Of a DNA stretch of 57,183 nt, positions 42,725-52,457 are shown piece after piece. How positions within the stretch are numbered: position 1 is the stretch's first letter; each line of letters opens with the position of its first letter. This DNA comes from Bryobacterales bacterium (GTDB lineage: Bacteria > Acidobacteriota > Terriglobia > Bryobacterales > Bryobacteraceae). Under the pieces are notes generated by a model, which saw nothing but the letters and a program-made list of their open reading frames with translations, was not told where the DNA came from and searched no databases. The position numbers and the translations under genes were made by a program. The DNA lies in NCBI GenBank assembly GCA_003166475.1, contig PMVV01000438.1, positions 1 to 57,183 of the forward strand, read 5' to 3'.

Positions 42725-42782
42725 CGCCCGGCGCGCAACTGCTTGGAATCGAGCGCAGAGCTTTGGTTGCCGGAGTGCGCTT

Positions 42783-44243
42783 GTGCGGGACGTGATCGCC
42801 GTCTCTTCAGAATTACCGGGCGCCTCCGGCGCCAATACCGCGATGGCCGCCGGCGGGGCGGCCATGGGCGCAGGAACGGTGCCGGCGGCAGTGGCGGGCG
42901 GCGGTTTCCGGTCGCTTCTGGATGGCTGCCTGGACTGCGGCGGGGACCAACCGCCCGCGCCGGAGCCGCGCCGGGCGCCCGGCGGGAAGAAACCAAACTC
43001 CGGCACGGCGGCTCCCACTGCGATTCCAGTTCCGGCGGCAGCCACCGCCCTCCGGACGTCCGCATTGGGCTTGGGAGCATGGGGAAGTCCCGGAGAGACA
43101 ACGGCGGCGGTGGCCCAGGAAGTCGACGCCGTGAGCGCCCGGGACCTCTCCGGCGCCGGCGGTTCCGCGCCAGATCCCGCGCCGCTGCCCGGCTGGGCGC
43201 AAGCGGCCGGCCGGTTGGCATGGGATCTCCCCTTACCGCCGGACGCTCCGGCCGCGGCCGCCGATCGAGACCAAGGGCCGGGCGCCCGACCGGCGGCCGC
43301 GCCCGAGTTGGCGTTCGCAGCTCGCTTGCTCCCGCCCGAACCGGCGCCACCCTCGCACCAGGCCGCGGAGGGGCTTCCCGGTCCCGCGTCCGCCGCGGTT
43401 TCGGGAGAGGCAGCCGCCAGCTCCGCAACCGATCCCCGGGACCGGAGTATGCCGGCGGAGAGCGTCGAGGCCCAACCCGGCCATGCCGGGATCCCGGAAC
43501 CCCCGCATGGCCTGCGCACCGCACCGCTCGACGAGGGGCAAGCCGCATCGCCGGACACAGCTATCGCCGGAAATGCCCGCAACGCTTTCTCCGCGGCAGA
43601 AGGGCAAGCGACCCCCGCCGCAGACCGGCGGGATGCCGGCCCAGTTGCCGGCGCCGCCCCCAAGGGTGCGGCACCTGCTATGGGACACCCCACGGGCGAC
43701 CAGGGCGGGGGTGCCACCGCTGGACAGGCGGATATGGGGAGCGTGGGGAACGCAGCCAGCCCACTTCCCGCCAGCCGGGAGGTGCAGGTCCCCGTTTCCG
43801 GGCAGCAAGCCGGCGCAGCGCGTCCCGCCGAGGCGGAGCCCCCCGAACCGGCGGCGCAGCCGGTCTCCCGCGACGTCTCCCTGCATCTGGCCGATGGCGA
43901 AAGCAGCGTGGACATCCGCATGGCCGAGCGCGCCGGAGAGATCCGCGTGACGGTGCACACTCCGGACCGCGATCTGGCCAACTCTTTGCGTGCAGACCTG
44001 CCGGATCTGGTCGGCAAGCTGCGGCAAAGCGGATTCCAGGCGGAGGCCTGGCGTCCGGCCTCGACAGCATCGGACGCGGGCCGCCGCGGCGGTTCGGACG
44101 GCTCGCCCTACCAGGAGCATTCGCCGGGCGCGCGCAAAGACGGCCGGCAACCGCAACCGCAGCAACGGCAGTCGAAAGATCCATCCCGCTGGGCCGGGGA
44201 ATGGCAGTCCAGCCTCGACCCCGCACAGGAGCCCCCCCTATGA
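42783..44243 (+). CDS. fliK: Flagellar hook-length control protein FliK (start uncertain: GTG 42783/42792 or ATG 42843)
   Basis: The body is rich in Pro and Ala. The C-terminal Flg_hook-type domain is VSLHLADGESSVDIRMAERAGEIRVTVHTPDRDLANSLRADLPDLVGKLRQSGF. Confidence 0.75.
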   Translation: MRDVIAVSSELPGASGANTAMAAGGAAMGAGTVPAAVAGGGFRSLLDGCLDCGGDQPPAPEPRRAPGGKKPNSGTAAPTAIPVPAAATALRTSALGLGAWGSPGETTAAVAQEVDAVSARDLSGAGGSAPDPAPLPGWAQAAGRLAWDLPLPPDAPAAAADRDQGPGARPAAAPELAFAARLLPPEPAPPSHQAAEGLPGPASAAVSGEAAASSATDPRDRSMPAESVEAQPGHAGIPEPPHGLRTAPLDEGQAASPDTAIAGNARNAFSAAEGQATPAADRRDAGPVAGAAPKGAAPAMGHPTGDQGGGATAGQADMGSVGNAASPLPASREVQVPVSGQQAGAARPAEAEPPEPAAQPVSRDVSLHLADGESSVDIRMAERAGEIRVTVHTPDRDLANSLRADLPDLVGKLRQSGFQAEAWRPASTASDAGRRGGSDGSPYQEHSPGARKDGRQPQPQQRQSKDPSRWAGEWQSSLDPAQEPPL

Positions 44244-44518
44244 CGATTCAACCCTTGGCAACATTGCCGCAGAGCGAGAGCGGCGCCGCGGCTACCACTA
44301 CTACGACTCAAACGAGCACAACTGGAACGAGCTCGAACGATTCGGCCGGAAATGTCAGCGAGACCGCGTTCTTGCAGCTTCTGGTGGCTCAAATCCAGTA
44401 TCAGGATCCCACCAATCCGACCGACAGCACCGCTTTTGTCACGCAACTGGCGCAGTTCAGCTCACTCGAACAACTCATCGCCATTCATGGCGATCTCGAC
44501 AGCCTGAACGGCAAATAG
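44240..44518 (+). CDS. flgD: Hook capping protein FlgD (short, N-terminal domain only)
   Basis: An ATGA overlap links it to the fliK stop. TAFLQLLVAQIQYQDPTNPTDSTAFVTQLAQFSSLEQ is the FlgD signature. The protein is only 92 aa. Confidence 0.8.
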   Translation: MTIQPLATLPQSESGAAATTTTTQTSTTGTSSNDSAGNVSETAFLQLLVAQIQYQDPTNPTDSTAFVTQLAQFSSLEQLIAIHGDLDSLNGK

Positions 44519-44548
44519 AATACCCTGGCACGCAAGGAGAGACGAATA

Positions 44549-45793
44549 ATGTTTGCAGCATTCAACACCGCACTATCCGGCTTGGACGCCAACGGCGTGG
44601 CCGTCGACGTGATCGGCAACAACCTGGCCAACATGAACACCACCGGTTACAAGGAGAGCGTCGCCTACTTCCAAAACCTGGTCAGCGAATCGATGAACGG
44701 CGGCCAGACCCAAGTGGGGTTCGGCGTGGCGCCGCCGCTGACCATCACGCAGTTCACCCAAGGCGCCATTAGCGCCAGCAGCGGGCTTCAGGACGCGGCT
44801 ATCCAGGGGAGCGGATTTTTCGTGGTCGACGACAACGGCATGACCCAGTACACCAGAGCCGGCAGTTTCCAGGTGGACCTTTCGGGCAACCTGCTCACTC
44901 CCAGCGGGCAGCAGGTCCAGGGCTGGATGGCTACCAACGGTGTGGTCGACACCGGCGGGCCGGTAGGCAACATCACCGTACCGGTGGGCTCCATGCAACC
45001 GCCGGTGGCCACCCAGAACCTGACCCTGGGCGCCAACTTCGATGCCTCCGCCGTCACCGGAACGGCGTCGGACTGGTCCGCCCCCATAACGGTCTACGAC
45101 TCCCTGGGGACCGCCCATGTCCTGACCCTCAACTTCGAACAGACCGCCGCCAACACCTGGTCTTGCCAAGCCACCGTCCCCGGCGTGGATGTCCAGGGCG
45201 GCACGGCGGGCACGCCATCCACCGTGGGGAACCCCATCACCCTGCAATTCAGCGGCAGCGGGCTATTAACCGGCACGACGCCGGCCGAACCCATCAATTT
45301 CGGCTTTCAGCCCGCTAACGGCGCCGCGGCCATTAGCGTCAACTGGAATCCCATCGCCGCGGACGGCACCAGCAGCCTCACCCAGTTCGACCAGAGCTCG
45401 GCCACTTCCGCGATCACCCAGGACGGCTCGGCGGCCTCCCAACTCACCACGGTAACCATGGCCAGCGGCGGCCAGTTGCTGGCGACCTACTCCGACGGTC
45501 AACAGACCGTGGTCGGACAACTGGCCATGGCTAACATTCAAAACCCGCAAACTCTGCTGAATGTGGGAAACAACAACTTCCAGGTGACCGCCGACACCGG
45601 CGCGCCGGCCGTGGGTGCGCCCGGCACCGGCGGACGCGGCACCGTCGTGGGCGGCGCTCTGGAAGCCTCGAACGTGGATATGGCCACGGAACTTACCGAT
45701 TTGATCGTGCTGCAGAGCGCCTACCAAGCCAATGCCAAGGTGGTGACCACCGTGGACTCCATGGCGCAAGCCACCACCAATCTGATCACCTAG
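44549..45793 (+). CDS. flgE: Flagellar hook protein
   Basis: MFAAFNTALSGLDANGVAVDVIGNNLANMNTTGYK and the C-terminus LEASNVDMATELTDLIVLQSAYQANAKVV are characteristic. Confidence 0.95.
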   Translation: MFAAFNTALSGLDANGVAVDVIGNNLANMNTTGYKESVAYFQNLVSESMNGGQTQVGFGVAPPLTITQFTQGAISASSGLQDAAIQGSGFFVVDDNGMTQYTRAGSFQVDLSGNLLTPSGQQVQGWMATNGVVDTGGPVGNITVPVGSMQPPVATQNLTLGANFDASAVTGTASDWSAPITVYDSLGTAHVLTLNFEQTAANTWSCQATVPGVDVQGGTAGTPSTVGNPITLQFSGSGLLTGTTPAEPINFGFQPANGAAAISVNWNPIAADGTSSLTQFDQSSATSAITQDGSAASQLTTVTMASGGQLLATYSDGQQTVVGQLAMANIQNPQTLLNVGNNNFQVTADTGAPAVGAPGTGGRGTVVGGALEASNVDMATELTDLIVLQSAYQANAKVVTTVDSMAQATTNLIT

Positions 45794-45806
45794 GAGCCGC
45801 GCGGAT

Positions 45807-46055
45807 ATGACAGCCATGGAAGAGATCGCCGCCTTTGCCGGCGTGCCGGTGGACATCGAGGCCGAGCTGGACCGCCGCATCCTGAGCGTGGGGCAGATCC
45901 TGCAAATGGAACCCGGCAGCCTGATCGGCATGAAGCGCTCGGCGGGGGAAAACATAGACCTGTACGTGGGCGGCACGCTGATCGGTTGCGGCGAAATCGT
46001 GGTCGTCGAAAACAGCCTGGGAGTCCGCATCACGGACTTCAACAGCGATGCGTAA
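45807..46055 (+). CDS. fliN: Flagellar motor switch protein FliN (SpoA domain only, 82 aa)
   Basis: VPVDIEAELDRRILSVGQILQMEPGSLIGM...IDLYVGGTLIGCGEIVVVENSLGVRI. Confidence 0.85.
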   Translation: MTAMEEIAAFAGVPVDIEAELDRRILSVGQILQMEPGSLIGMKRSAGENIDLYVGGTLIGCGEIVVVENSLGVRITDFNSDA

Positions 46056-46079
46056 CGCCGGCGGCGGGAAGAGGAGCGA

Positions 46080-46373
46080 ATGGAAGCGATGCGGCAAGTT
46101 TGGGCGGTGAGCGCGGTGCTGGCGGTGCTGGCGGCCTCGCTCTGGTGGCTGCGGCGCAAAGGACTGGCCCGCTTTCGCCCGCGCGGCCGCAAGCCGACGA
46201 TTCTGGCCGTGGAGCGGCTGACGCTGGGACCCCAACACGCGCTGCACCTGGTGCGGCTGGCGGGCCGCGGGCTGCTGGTGGGGACTTCTCCGGCGGGATG
46301 CGCGGTGCTGGATAGTTTCGAGTGGTCGAGTCTGGAATCCCGGCCTTCGGCCGGAACCCCGGAGGCGCGCTGA
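46080..46373 (+). CDS. fliO: Flagellar biosynthesis protein FliO
   Basis: A single TM segment followed by LTLGPQHALHLVRLAGRGLLVG. It lies just before fliP. Confidence 0.7.
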   Translation: MEAMRQVWAVSAVLAVLAASLWWLRRKGLARFRPRGRKPTILAVERLTLGPQHALHLVRLAGRGLLVGTSPAGCAVLDSFEWSSLESRPSAGTPEAR

Positions 46374-47110
46374 TGTCCCGCCGGCTGGCGCACGCAGGCT
46401 GTCTGGCGCTGCTGTTGCCCGCCGCCGCCTGGGCGGCTCGCGGGGCTTCCCCGGCGTCCGGGCTGGACATCGGCAAAACCGGTTCGATGAGCGCGCCGAT
46501 GCAGATTGTCCTGCTGCTGACGGCGCTGACGCTGCTGCCGGCGGCGCTGGTGTCGGTAACCCCTTTCCTGCGCATCTCCGTCGTGCTGCATTTCCTGCGG
46601 CAGGCGTTGGCCACGCAGACGGCCCCCTCCAACCAGGTGCTGGTGGGACTGGCGCTGTTCCTGAGCCTGCTCAGCATCGAACCCATGGCCAGCCAGATCT
46701 ACGAACAGGCCTGGATTCCCCTGGACCACGGCCAGATGACCGTCCCGCAAGCGGCCCAGGAGGCCGCCCGGCCGCTGCGCCAGTTCTGGCTGCGCTTCGC
46801 CCGCGAGAAAGACATCGCTTTGTTGCTGGAGGTATCCCACTCGCCGGCGCCGCGCACTCCGGCCGACGTGGATCTGAGAGTCCTGATTCCCGCCTATATT
46901 CTGTCGGAGTTGAAGGCGTCCTTTCAAATTGGCGCGGTGCTCTACCTGCCCTTCCTGGTCATCGATCTGGTGGTGGCCTCGGTGACCCTCTCGGTGGGCA
47001 TGGTGCAGTTGCCGCCCGTCATGATTTCGGCGCCCTTCAAGATTCTGCTGTTCGTGCTGGTGGACGGCTGGAACCTGGTGGTCGGATCGCTGATGAAGAG
47101 CTTTAGCTGA
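46373..47110 (+). CDS. fliP: Flagellar export apparatus protein FliP
   Basis: ATG 46373 overlaps the fliO stop. The sequence is LLLTALTLLPAALVSVTPFLRISVVLHFLRQALATQTAPSNQVL...FLVIDLVVASVTLSVGMVQLPP. Confidence 0.95.
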   Translation: MSRRLAHAGCLALLLPAAAWAARGASPASGLDIGKTGSMSAPMQIVLLLTALTLLPAALVSVTPFLRISVVLHFLRQALATQTAPSNQVLVGLALFLSLLSIEPMASQIYEQAWIPLDHGQMTVPQAAQEAARPLRQFWLRFAREKDIALLLEVSHSPAPRTPADVDLRVLIPAYILSELKASFQIGAVLYLPFLVIDLVVASVTLSVGMVQLPPVMISAPFKILLFVLVDGWNLVVGSLMKSFS

Positions 47111-47119
47111 GGAACGCTT

Positions 47120-47389
47120 ATGACCAGCGACGCCGTCGTCGAAATCCTGCGCCACGCGCTGCTGGCGGCCTTCTGGCTGGTGGCGCCGCTGCTGGCCATC
47201 GCCTTCGTCACCGGGGTGGTGGTCAGCCTGGCGCAGATCGTGACCTCCATTCAGGACACCGCCTTCAGCACCATTCCCCGCCTGGTGGTGTTTGTGCTGG
47301 CCATCCTGATGCTGATGCCCTGGATGATCCAGCGGATCGCGGTTTACACCACGGCTTTGTTCGGCGATCTGGGGCGGTATGCCCGCTGA
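47120..47389 (+). CDS. fliQ: Flagellar export apparatus protein FliQ
   Basis: 89 aa. GVVVSLAQIVTSIQDTAFSTIPRL is characteristic. Confidence 0.9.
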   Translation: MTSDAVVEILRHALLAAFWLVAPLLAIAFVTGVVVSLAQIVTSIQDTAFSTIPRLVVFVLAILMLMPWMIQRIAVYTTALFGDLGRYAR

Positions 47390-48149
47390 GATCGGCGTGG
47401 GCCTCCCCACGCTGTACGGATTTCTGCTGGTGCTTGCAAGAGTCTCCGGGGTCTTTGCCCTGGTGCCCCTGCCCGGCTTTCAAAGCGGCCCGCGGCTGGC
47501 GCGCATTGTCCTGTCGGTGACCATTACCATGGCGCTTTATCCCCTTTGGCCCCGCGTGGACGCGCCGCGGGCGGACGCCGCGCGCCTGCTGCTGTGGGTG
47601 CTGCCGGAGATCGGGGTGGGAGTCACCATTGGCTTGGGCGTAGCGCTGATCCTGGAAGTCTTCCTGATGACGGCCCAAATCCTCAGCCTGAACGCGGGGT
47701 TCAGTTTTGCCCAGACCATCGATCCGACCACGCAGGCCGAGTCGGGCGTGCTGCTGGTGTTCGCGCAGTTGGCCGGCGGCATGGTTTTTCTGGCGCTGGG
47801 CCTGGACCGGGAGGTGATCCGGACCCTGGCTTACAGCCTGGAAGCGCATCCGGCCGGCGCCTGGATTACACCGCCCGCGGCCGAGGCGCTGCTGCGCCTG
47901 GGCGGAGACATGCTGGCGCTGGCGGTGCGGCTGGCCGTGCCGTCGATCGCGCTGCTGGTGCTGGCGGACATCGCCCTGGGGCTGCTGGGGCGGCTCAACG
48001 CCCAACTGCAACTGCTGACCTTGTCTTTCCCCATCAAGATGACCGCGTCGCTGGTGCTGTTGGGGTGGGTTGCCGCGCTGCTCCCCAAGTTCCTGGCGGC
48101 CTACGGCGATGCGGTTTTCGGAACGCTGCGCCAGGCGCTCGGCTTTTGA
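47379..48149 (+). CDS. fliR: Flagellar export apparatus protein FliR
   Basis: 256-aa polytopic membrane protein. It has LLVLARVSGVFALVPLPG and a FliR-type core. Confidence 0.9.
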   Translation: MPAEIGVGLPTLYGFLLVLARVSGVFALVPLPGFQSGPRLARIVLSVTITMALYPLWPRVDAPRADAARLLLWVLPEIGVGVTIGLGVALILEVFLMTAQILSLNAGFSFAQTIDPTTQAESGVLLVFAQLAGGMVFLALGLDREVIRTLAYSLEAHPAGAWITPPAAEALLRLGGDMLALAVRLAVPSIALLVLADIALGLLGRLNAQLQLLTLSFPIKMTASLVLLGWVAALLPKFLAAYGDAVFGTLRQALGF

Positions 48150-48161
48150 TGCGGAAACTTT

Positions 48162-49226
48162 GTGGCTGACAACAACGGGCAGAGAACCGAACAGCCCACC
48201 GTCAAGCGCCTGGACAAGGCGCGCAAGGAAGGCCAGTTCCCCACCGCGCGCCAGTTCGTCTCGGCCATGCAGTTCCTGGCGTTCGTGGCGGCGCTGGAGG
48301 CCTGGGGCGGCCAATGGCTCGCCGAACTGCGCCGGCTCATGCGCCACACGCTGGCGGCGGCTTTCGCCGCCGACGCGGGAGCCAAGGCAGCGGAGACCAG
48401 CCACTACCTGCTGCTGGACGTTCTGCGGCTGCTGGCGCCCGCAGCGGGCGTGCTGCTGGCAGTCACCCTGGGCGTGCAACTGGCCGCCACGCAATTCGGC
48501 GTGAGCGGGAAAAAGCTGGCGCCCGATCTGCAGCGGCTGAATCCGCTGGCGCGGCTGCGCGAGATGCCCAAGCAGAACCTGCCCGCGCTGCTGCGGGCGG
48601 CGGTCATGCTGCCGCTGTTCGGGATGGCGGTGTACGGCATCGTCCGGGACAACCTGGCGGCCTACATGGCGCTCCCCTTTCAGGGCGTCGAATCGGCCTT
48701 CAGCCAGGTCTGCGGTTCGTTCGCCGCGCTGCTATGGAAGGCTGGAGGCGTCTTCCTGCTTTTCGGCGCGGTGGACCTGTTCCGGCAGCGTCGCCGCTAC
48801 CGCAAGGACCTGCGCATGAGCAAACAGGAGATTCGCGACGAGGTCAAGGAGACGGAAGGCAATCCGCAAATGAAGGCGCGCATCCGGCGCCTGGCGCGGG
48901 AACGTCTGCGGCACAAAATGATGAAAGAAGTTCCCACCGCCACCGCCGTGATCGTCAACCCGACGCATTACGCGGTGGCGCTGCGCTATGCCCTGGATTC
49001 CATGGCCACGCCGGTGGTGGTGGCCAAGGGGAAGAATTACCTGGCGCAGCGCATTCGCCAGCGGGCCATGGAATACCAGGTGCCCATCGTCGAGAACCCC
49101 CCGCTGGCGCAGGCGCTGTACCGCTCGGTGGACATCGGACAGGAGATCCCGGCGCACCTGTATCGCGCCGTGGCCGAGATCCTGGCCTATGTTTATAAAC
49201 TCATGAACGGCCGATTACCTGGGTAG
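48162..49226 (+). CDS. flhB: Flagellar export switch protein FlhB
   Basis: TEQPTVKRLDKARKEGQFP, and the NPTH autocleavage site in VIVNPTHYAVAL. Confidence 0.95.
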   Translation: MADNNGQRTEQPTVKRLDKARKEGQFPTARQFVSAMQFLAFVAALEAWGGQWLAELRRLMRHTLAAAFAADAGAKAAETSHYLLLDVLRLLAPAAGVLLAVTLGVQLAATQFGVSGKKLAPDLQRLNPLARLREMPKQNLPALLRAAVMLPLFGMAVYGIVRDNLAAYMALPFQGVESAFSQVCGSFAALLWKAGGVFLLFGAVDLFRQRRRYRKDLRMSKQEIRDEVKETEGNPQMKARIRRLARERLRHKMMKEVPTATAVIVNPTHYAVALRYALDSMATPVVVAKGKNYLAQRIRQRAMEYQVPIVENPPLAQALYRSVDIGQEIPAHLYRAVAEILAYVYKLMNGRLPG

Positions 49227-49250
49227 GGGAAGAATCGAGAGATATCGGGA

Positions 49251-51323
49251 ATGGCGGAAGCGGCGGCGATGGCCAAGACGGGATGGAAGCCGCTGGAGTT
49301 CTTCTCCGGCGGGGGCGCGGCGGAGCTGGCCGTGCCGGTAGCCGTGCTGGCCATCGTGATGGCCCTCATCGCGCCTCTGCCGCCCTTCCTGTTGGACCTG
49401 CTGCTGGTGGTGGACATCATGATGTCGGTCATCGTGATGATGACGGCCATGTACATCCAGCGCCCGTCGGACTTCAACGTTTTTCCCACCACGCTGCTGT
49501 TGCTGACGCTGTACAGGCTGGCCTTGAACGTATCCTCGGCGCGCCTGATCCTGCTCAACGGCAACACCGGAACCGCCGCCGCCGGGCACGTCATCGAAGC
49601 CTTCGGCAGCTTTGTGGTGGGAGGCAACTACATCATCGGCGCGGTGATCTTCCTGTTGTTGATCGCCATCCAGTACGTGGTCATCAATCACGGCGCGGTG
49701 CGCATCTCCGAAGTCACGGCGCGCTTCACCCTGGACGCGCTGCCCGGCAAGCAGATGTCCATCGATTCGGATCTGAGTTCGGGGCTGATCGACGAATCCG
49801 AAGCCCGCCGGCGGCGCAAGCAACTGGCGGCCGAGGCTGAGTTCTACGGCGCCATGGACGGCGCCTCCCGCTTCACCCAGCGCGATGCGGTGGCCAGCAT
49901 CCTGATCACCGGCATCAACATTATTGCTGGTTTTCTGATCGGCGTGCTGCAGCACGGCATGGAACTGCGGCACGCGCTGGAGACCTACACGGTGCTGACC
50001 ATCGGAGACGGCCTGGTGACGGTGGTTCCGGCCCTGATGATCTCGGTTTCAGGCGCCCTGGTCATCACCCGTTCCGGTTCCGAAGCGCGGCTCAGCGCGG
50101 ATTTCCGCAAGCAGATCTTCGGCAGCCCGCAACCGCTGCTGCTGGCCAGCGGCGTATTGATCGTGCTGGCATGCCTCCCGGGCATGCCCGGCATCCCTTT
50201 TCTGTTGCTGGGCCTGGGGCTGGGAGTGGGGGGCTGGCGCATGCGGGCGCGGCCGGCCGCCAAGGGGCAGGCGCCCAGCGCCGCCAAACCCGCCCGCGAG
50301 AATCTGGAAGGCCTGCTCAAGGTGGAGCCGCTGGCGATCGAAGTGGGGCTGGGGCTGGTCAAGATGGTGGAAGGCGCCCAGAACTCGCCGCTGCTGAAGC
50401 GCATCTCGGGCATCCGGCGGCAACTGGCCGCGGATCTGGGCTACCTTTTGCCGCCGGTGCGGGTCTCCGACAATCTGGCGCTGCGCGCGCGGGAATACAC
50501 CATCTCGCTGAAGGGCGCGGAGATCGCCCGCTACGAATTGCCGCAGGGGTGCCAGTTGGCCATCCCCTCCGGACGGAACCCCGCGGCGCTCGAAGGCACG
50601 CCCACCCGCGAGCCGGCCTTTGGATTGGCGGCCTGGTGGATTCCCGACCAGCGCGCCGAGCAGGCCCGCGCGGCCGGGTACACGCTGGTGGATGCGGTCA
50701 GCGTGCTGGGCACTCACATTGCGGAGCTGGCCCGGCGGTACGCGCACGAGCTGTTCTCGCGCCAGGACGCCAAGAAAGTGCTGGATCTGGTGGCGGTCGA
50801 TCAGCCCAAGGTAGTCGAGGATCTGGTGCCCAAACAGCTCCCGCTCTCGGCGGTCCAACGCGTGTTGCAGAATCTGCTGCGCGAGCGGGTTTCCATCCGC
50901 GACACCGGCTCGATTCTGGAGGCGCTGGGCGAGGCGGCGCTCTCGACGCGCAACCTGGTGCTGCTCACCGAGTACGCCCGGCAGGCCATCCGGCGCACGG
51001 TTGCCAAGCGCTATCTGGACGCTTCCGGCAACCTGCCGGCCTATTTTCTGGACGCCTCGATCGAGCAGGCGGTGGAGTCCGCGGTGCAGCATACCGAGCA
51101 GAACAGCCACTTGAGCATGGCGCCGCAGACCATCCGCGAGATTCTGGACCGCATCCAGCGCAAAGTGGGCAGTCCGGAGGGGCCGGTGGCGGCGGTAACC
51201 ACAGCCGGCGCCCGGTATTTTCTGCAGCAAATGGTGGAGCCGGTCCTGCCGAACCTGTTCTTCCTTTCGCACAACGAGATTCCGGCCGGCGTGAAGGTAG
51301 TGTCGCTGGGAGTCGTTCAATAA
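49251..51323 (+). CDS. flhA: Flagellar export gate protein FlhA
   Basis: 690 aa. It has the FHIPEP region FTLDALPGKQMSIDSDL and a C-terminal cytoplasmic domain. Confidence 0.95.
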   Translation: MAEAAAMAKTGWKPLEFFSGGGAAELAVPVAVLAIVMALIAPLPPFLLDLLLVVDIMMSVIVMMTAMYIQRPSDFNVFPTTLLLLTLYRLALNVSSARLILLNGNTGTAAAGHVIEAFGSFVVGGNYIIGAVIFLLLIAIQYVVINHGAVRISEVTARFTLDALPGKQMSIDSDLSSGLIDESEARRRRKQLAAEAEFYGAMDGASRFTQRDAVASILITGINIIAGFLIGVLQHGMELRHALETYTVLTIGDGLVTVVPALMISVSGALVITRSGSEARLSADFRKQIFGSPQPLLLASGVLIVLACLPGMPGIPFLLLGLGLGVGGWRMRARPAAKGQAPSAAKPARENLEGLLKVEPLAIEVGLGLVKMVEGAQNSPLLKRISGIRRQLAADLGYLLPPVRVSDNLALRAREYTISLKGAEIARYELPQGCQLAIPSGRNPAALEGTPTREPAFGLAAWWIPDQRAEQARAAGYTLVDAVSVLGTHIAELARRYAHELFSRQDAKKVLDLVAVDQPKVVEDLVPKQLPLSAVQRVLQNLLRERVSIRDTGSILEALGEAALSTRNLVLLTEYARQAIRRTVAKRYLDASGNLPAYFLDASIEQAVESAVQHTEQNSHLSMAPQTIREILDRIQRKVGSPEGPVAAVTTAGARYFLQQMVEPVLPNLFFLSHNEIPAGVKVVSLGVVQ

Positions 51324-51333
51324 GGGAGAAACA

Positions 51334-52437
51334 ATGCGAATCAAGTCTTTTTATGCAGCCTCGGTGGAAGGCGCGGTGGCCCTGGCCCGCCGGGAAATGG
51401 GGGCCGAGGCCATGCTGGTGGAATCCCGCAAGGCGCCGCTGGAGGCGCGCCACTTGGGCGAGTACGAAGTGGTGTGCGCACTGGTGCCGGAAGCCGAGCC
51501 GGTCCCGCCGCAGCCGCCGGAGGATGCCGGCGCGCAGGATGCCCGGCTGGCCGGCGAACTGGCCGAGATGCGCCGCCAACTGGACCTGATGGGCAAGACC
51601 ATTACGCGCTCGGCCTGGAGCGGCGCGCGCTGGGGATGCTCGAGCCCCGAGATGTCGGAGTGGCACGCCCGCCTGATGGCGACGGACATGGACGGGGAAC
51701 TGGTCCACGAAATCCTGAGCGCCGCCGAGCGCCGCGCGGGGCCGGGGTTGAGCGGGCTGGAAGACGCCGTAGCGGCGGAGCTCGAACGGCGCATCCTGGT
51801 GGATGGCGCATGGGAAGCGCCCAACGGACCGCGCGCGGTGGCCTTGGCCGGCCCCCCGGGCGCCGGCAAGACCACCATGCTCGCCAAGCTGGCGGTGATC
51901 CGCGGTCTGGCCCAGCGCCGGCCCATGGCGCTGGTGTCCATGGACGATTTCCGGGTGGGGGGAGCCGACCAGTTGCGCTCCTATGCCGCCATTCTGGGCA
52001 TCGGTTTCCAAGCGCTGGACAATCTGGGCGCGCTGGCGCAAGCTCTGGCGGAGCATCAGGGGAAACGGCTGGTTTTGATCGACACTCCCGGGTACGGCCC
52101 GCACGACATGGACCGCGCGGCGGATCTGGCCCGCTTCCTGTCCGGCCGGCCGGGCACGGCCACCTGGCTGGTGCTAACGGCATGCATGAAATCCGCCGAT
52201 CTAACGCATGTGGCGGAACGCTTCGAGATTTTCCGTCCGTCCAGCCTGCTGTTCACCGGGCTGGACGAGACCGCCTGCTTCGGCACGGCGTTCTCGTTGT
52301 CCGTGCGGCAGGCGAAGCCCATCTCGTTCCTGGGAACCGGACAGGAGATCCCGGACGACGCCGCGCCGGCCACCAAAGAGCGCATCCTGAGTCTGCTGTG
52401 GCCGGAGACGCTCGCCGCCAGGCGGTTAGCCGCATGA
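51334..52437 (+). CDS. flhF: Flagellar SRP-type GTPase FlhF
   Basis: G1 GPPGAGKTT, G3 LIDTPG and TGLDE (TKLDE-like). It follows flhA. Confidence 0.9.
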   Translation: MRIKSFYAASVEGAVALARREMGAEAMLVESRKAPLEARHLGEYEVVCALVPEAEPVPPQPPEDAGAQDARLAGELAEMRRQLDLMGKTITRSAWSGARWGCSSPEMSEWHARLMATDMDGELVHEILSAAERRAGPGLSGLEDAVAAELERRILVDGAWEAPNGPRAVALAGPPGAGKTTMLAKLAVIRGLAQRRPMALVSMDDFRVGGADQLRSYAAILGIGFQALDNLGALAQALAEHQGKRLVLIDTPGYGPHDMDRAADLARFLSGRPGTATWLVLTACMKSADLTHVAERFEIFRPSSLLFTGLDETACFGTAFSLSVRQAKPISFLGTGQEIPDDAAPATKERILSLLWPETLAARRLAA

Positions 52438-52457
52438 AAGGAACCCCATGAGGCGCT

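Noticed and set aside
42473-44518. Long overlapping ORFs (514 aa minus strand, 668 aa plus strand) in the fliK region.
   Set aside because: They are out-of-frame or antisense shadows. Only the 42663/42783..44243 frame ends in a Flg_hook-type domain. Only the last 92 codons of the 668-aa frame, which encode flgD, look genuine.
45266-47410. 714-aa minus-strand ORF.
   Set aside because: It is antisense to flgE, fliN, fliO, fliP and fliQ. It has a His/Gln/Arg-rich low-complexity product and no recognisable domain.
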